A DNA stretch of 64,000 nt, from the NCBI RefSeq assembly GCF_009914755.1, contig NC_060930.1; one strand, given 5' to 3'. Made by a program: the position numbers and the translations under genes. The notes beneath the pieces are model-generated. The model saw nothing but the letters and a program-made list of their open reading frames with translations. It ran no database searches and was not told the DNA's origin. Below are positions 62,300 through 64,000 of the stretch, piece by piece (position 1 is the first letter of the stretch; each line of letters opens with the position of its first letter). This stretch comes from the human T2T-CHM13v2.0 reference genome, Homo sapiens.

Positions 62300-63900
62300 C
62301 ATTTGTATTGCTTTGTAAAGAATCTGTAATCCCCTTTGATCTGTGTTAATGAGTCATGCATTGTTTATTTCCAAATAATTACTTTTTAACTTTAGCTATT
62401 AATGGCTATTTTGTATTGTGATCTAATAACATGGCATGTACAACTTCAGCTTTTCTTTTTGTAACTGATTTAACATTTTTCTGGCCTATTAGATGACCAG
62501 TTTTTACAAAAGATCCATTGGCTTTTAAAATAAAGTGTATATTCTGTTTATTTGGAATATACTTGATCTCTTTATTTTAAAAATCTATAAATTAGAATAG
62601 TATATAGCCTTTACTTTTTTACTTTTTTCTTACATGAGTATTCAAAACCTGGGAGATGTTTCTTCAAAGCTAAATTTTTTTCTTTTCTAACTTCATTTTG
62701 TAAAATTGTATAGCACAGCTTTTACTTTAAGTATTTTGTAGCTATGTTATTTTTCATATAAAGGTTTATGATTCTAATATCTTCATTGTGGATATATCAT
62801 TTTTAAACATAAAACTGAAGTCTTTTATAATTTATGATGACTTCTTTGCCTCAAAATCTGATACAGCTGATTTTAATGTTATGATCTTTCTTTTGTTTGC
62901 CTTTAGATGATGTATCTATGCCAGTCTCTTTTTCTATTTTTCTTTTCTTCCTTTTTTTTACCTCTCTAGGTCATATTCCCTTAGGTACGTCCCTTGGAAA
63001 CCACATATAATTGGACTGATCTTTAATAGAACAGTTTAACCCATTCAAATTCAAAACTTTTAAGTTGTTATATCTGAAAACTTTGTTCATTTGCCCTTTC
63101 AATTTTAACTTAAAAAACGCTTCTTTACTGTCTTTTTCTTATCTGGATCCTTATGGAATACAATGTTCTCACCTTTATTGCTAACGCTTCATATAATATA
63201 TATCTTATTTTAAAATTTTACAGATACATAAAAGTTAAAAATAAATTCCAATGATCAATTTCGCAAACCAAATAATGCTTTGATACCACCTGATAGAATT
63301 CTGAATATTAGTATTATTTTACTTTGCTTCCTTTAGCTCTCATTCACCTCTCAGTTGGGTGAAACGAGGTTTTTATAATCAGAAATTTGAGATGTAGATT
63401 ATTATGGTCATTTTCACATGTTATATATTCTATCTTATGAATTTCCTTTGTATTTTGTTTCAAAACCTATTTAGAATATTTAGTTCAATTTATTTGATTT
63501 CACCATTTATAATGCCTAACACTGAGCATTCTTTAGTCTTTTATGTGAATTAATCTCTTAGCTGTATATATGTACATCTTTCAGTAATTTTTTCCTCATG
63601 GAGAGAGTTCTTGTTATTATATCTGTCACTTCAATTTTTACCTTCCTCCTTTCAATTAACATCCTTCTTTTGTCAATCTGTTGATATTTCATCTTGTATT
63701 TTCTTTTTGTACCAGAGACCATATTTTAAAAATTGTACTAACGACACAAGCAGATGCTTTAAAAAATGTGCTTTAAATTTCTGATAATAAACCTTTTCCA
63801 AGGTATGTCCTTGCAGCTTAAATGCTGCTATATTTCTTTTATGTAGCATTTGCCAATATACTCACATATCTTTTATATCTGCTTATCCTGATGAGGAAAA
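62300..63900 (-). mobile_element. Old L1M ORF2/ORF1 fragments
   Basis: T-rich antisense L1-like motifs (TATTTTGTAGCTATGTTATT; GTTTAACCCATTCAAATT). Very degenerate. Confidence 0.5.
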
Positions 63901-64000
63901 TATATATCCAAACAAGATATTTTTCCATAAACATTGTGGGTGAAATTATAGACCATCTGACTCTATTACAACCTCCCCTCACATGGATTTTGAGCCAGAG

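Overview
Primate (human-like) intergenic or deep-intronic DNA, AT-rich and dominated by transposable elements. I find no intact protein-coding gene, RNA gene or CRISPR array. Almost every ORF in the track is a by-product of Alu, L1, LTR12, MER52 or AT-minisatellite sequence. I cannot support a novel biological system here. The notable structures are: (1) a processed cytochrome c (CYCS) pseudogene at ~17060-18310 that keeps ancestral non-human residues and lies in the inter-ORF spacer of an old L1; (2) a 3.2-kb AT-rich minisatellite (12895-16081) of near-palindromic 29-, 34- and 37-bp units in homogeneous blocks, inside ORF1 of the same L1; (3) a very old ERVL-class provirus on the minus strand (~53026-59423) with two recognisable LTRs, a tRNA-Leu primer-binding site and decayed RT motifs; (4) a nested ERV cluster (31557-38340) with a probable deletion junction, a 230-bp templated insertion and an Alu carrying a G-quadruplex motif at its tail; (5) two ERV9 solo LTRs (LTR12 family), one with 11 CCAAT boxes. 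Subfamily names come from my recall of consensus sequences and need RepeatMasker/Dfam confirmation.
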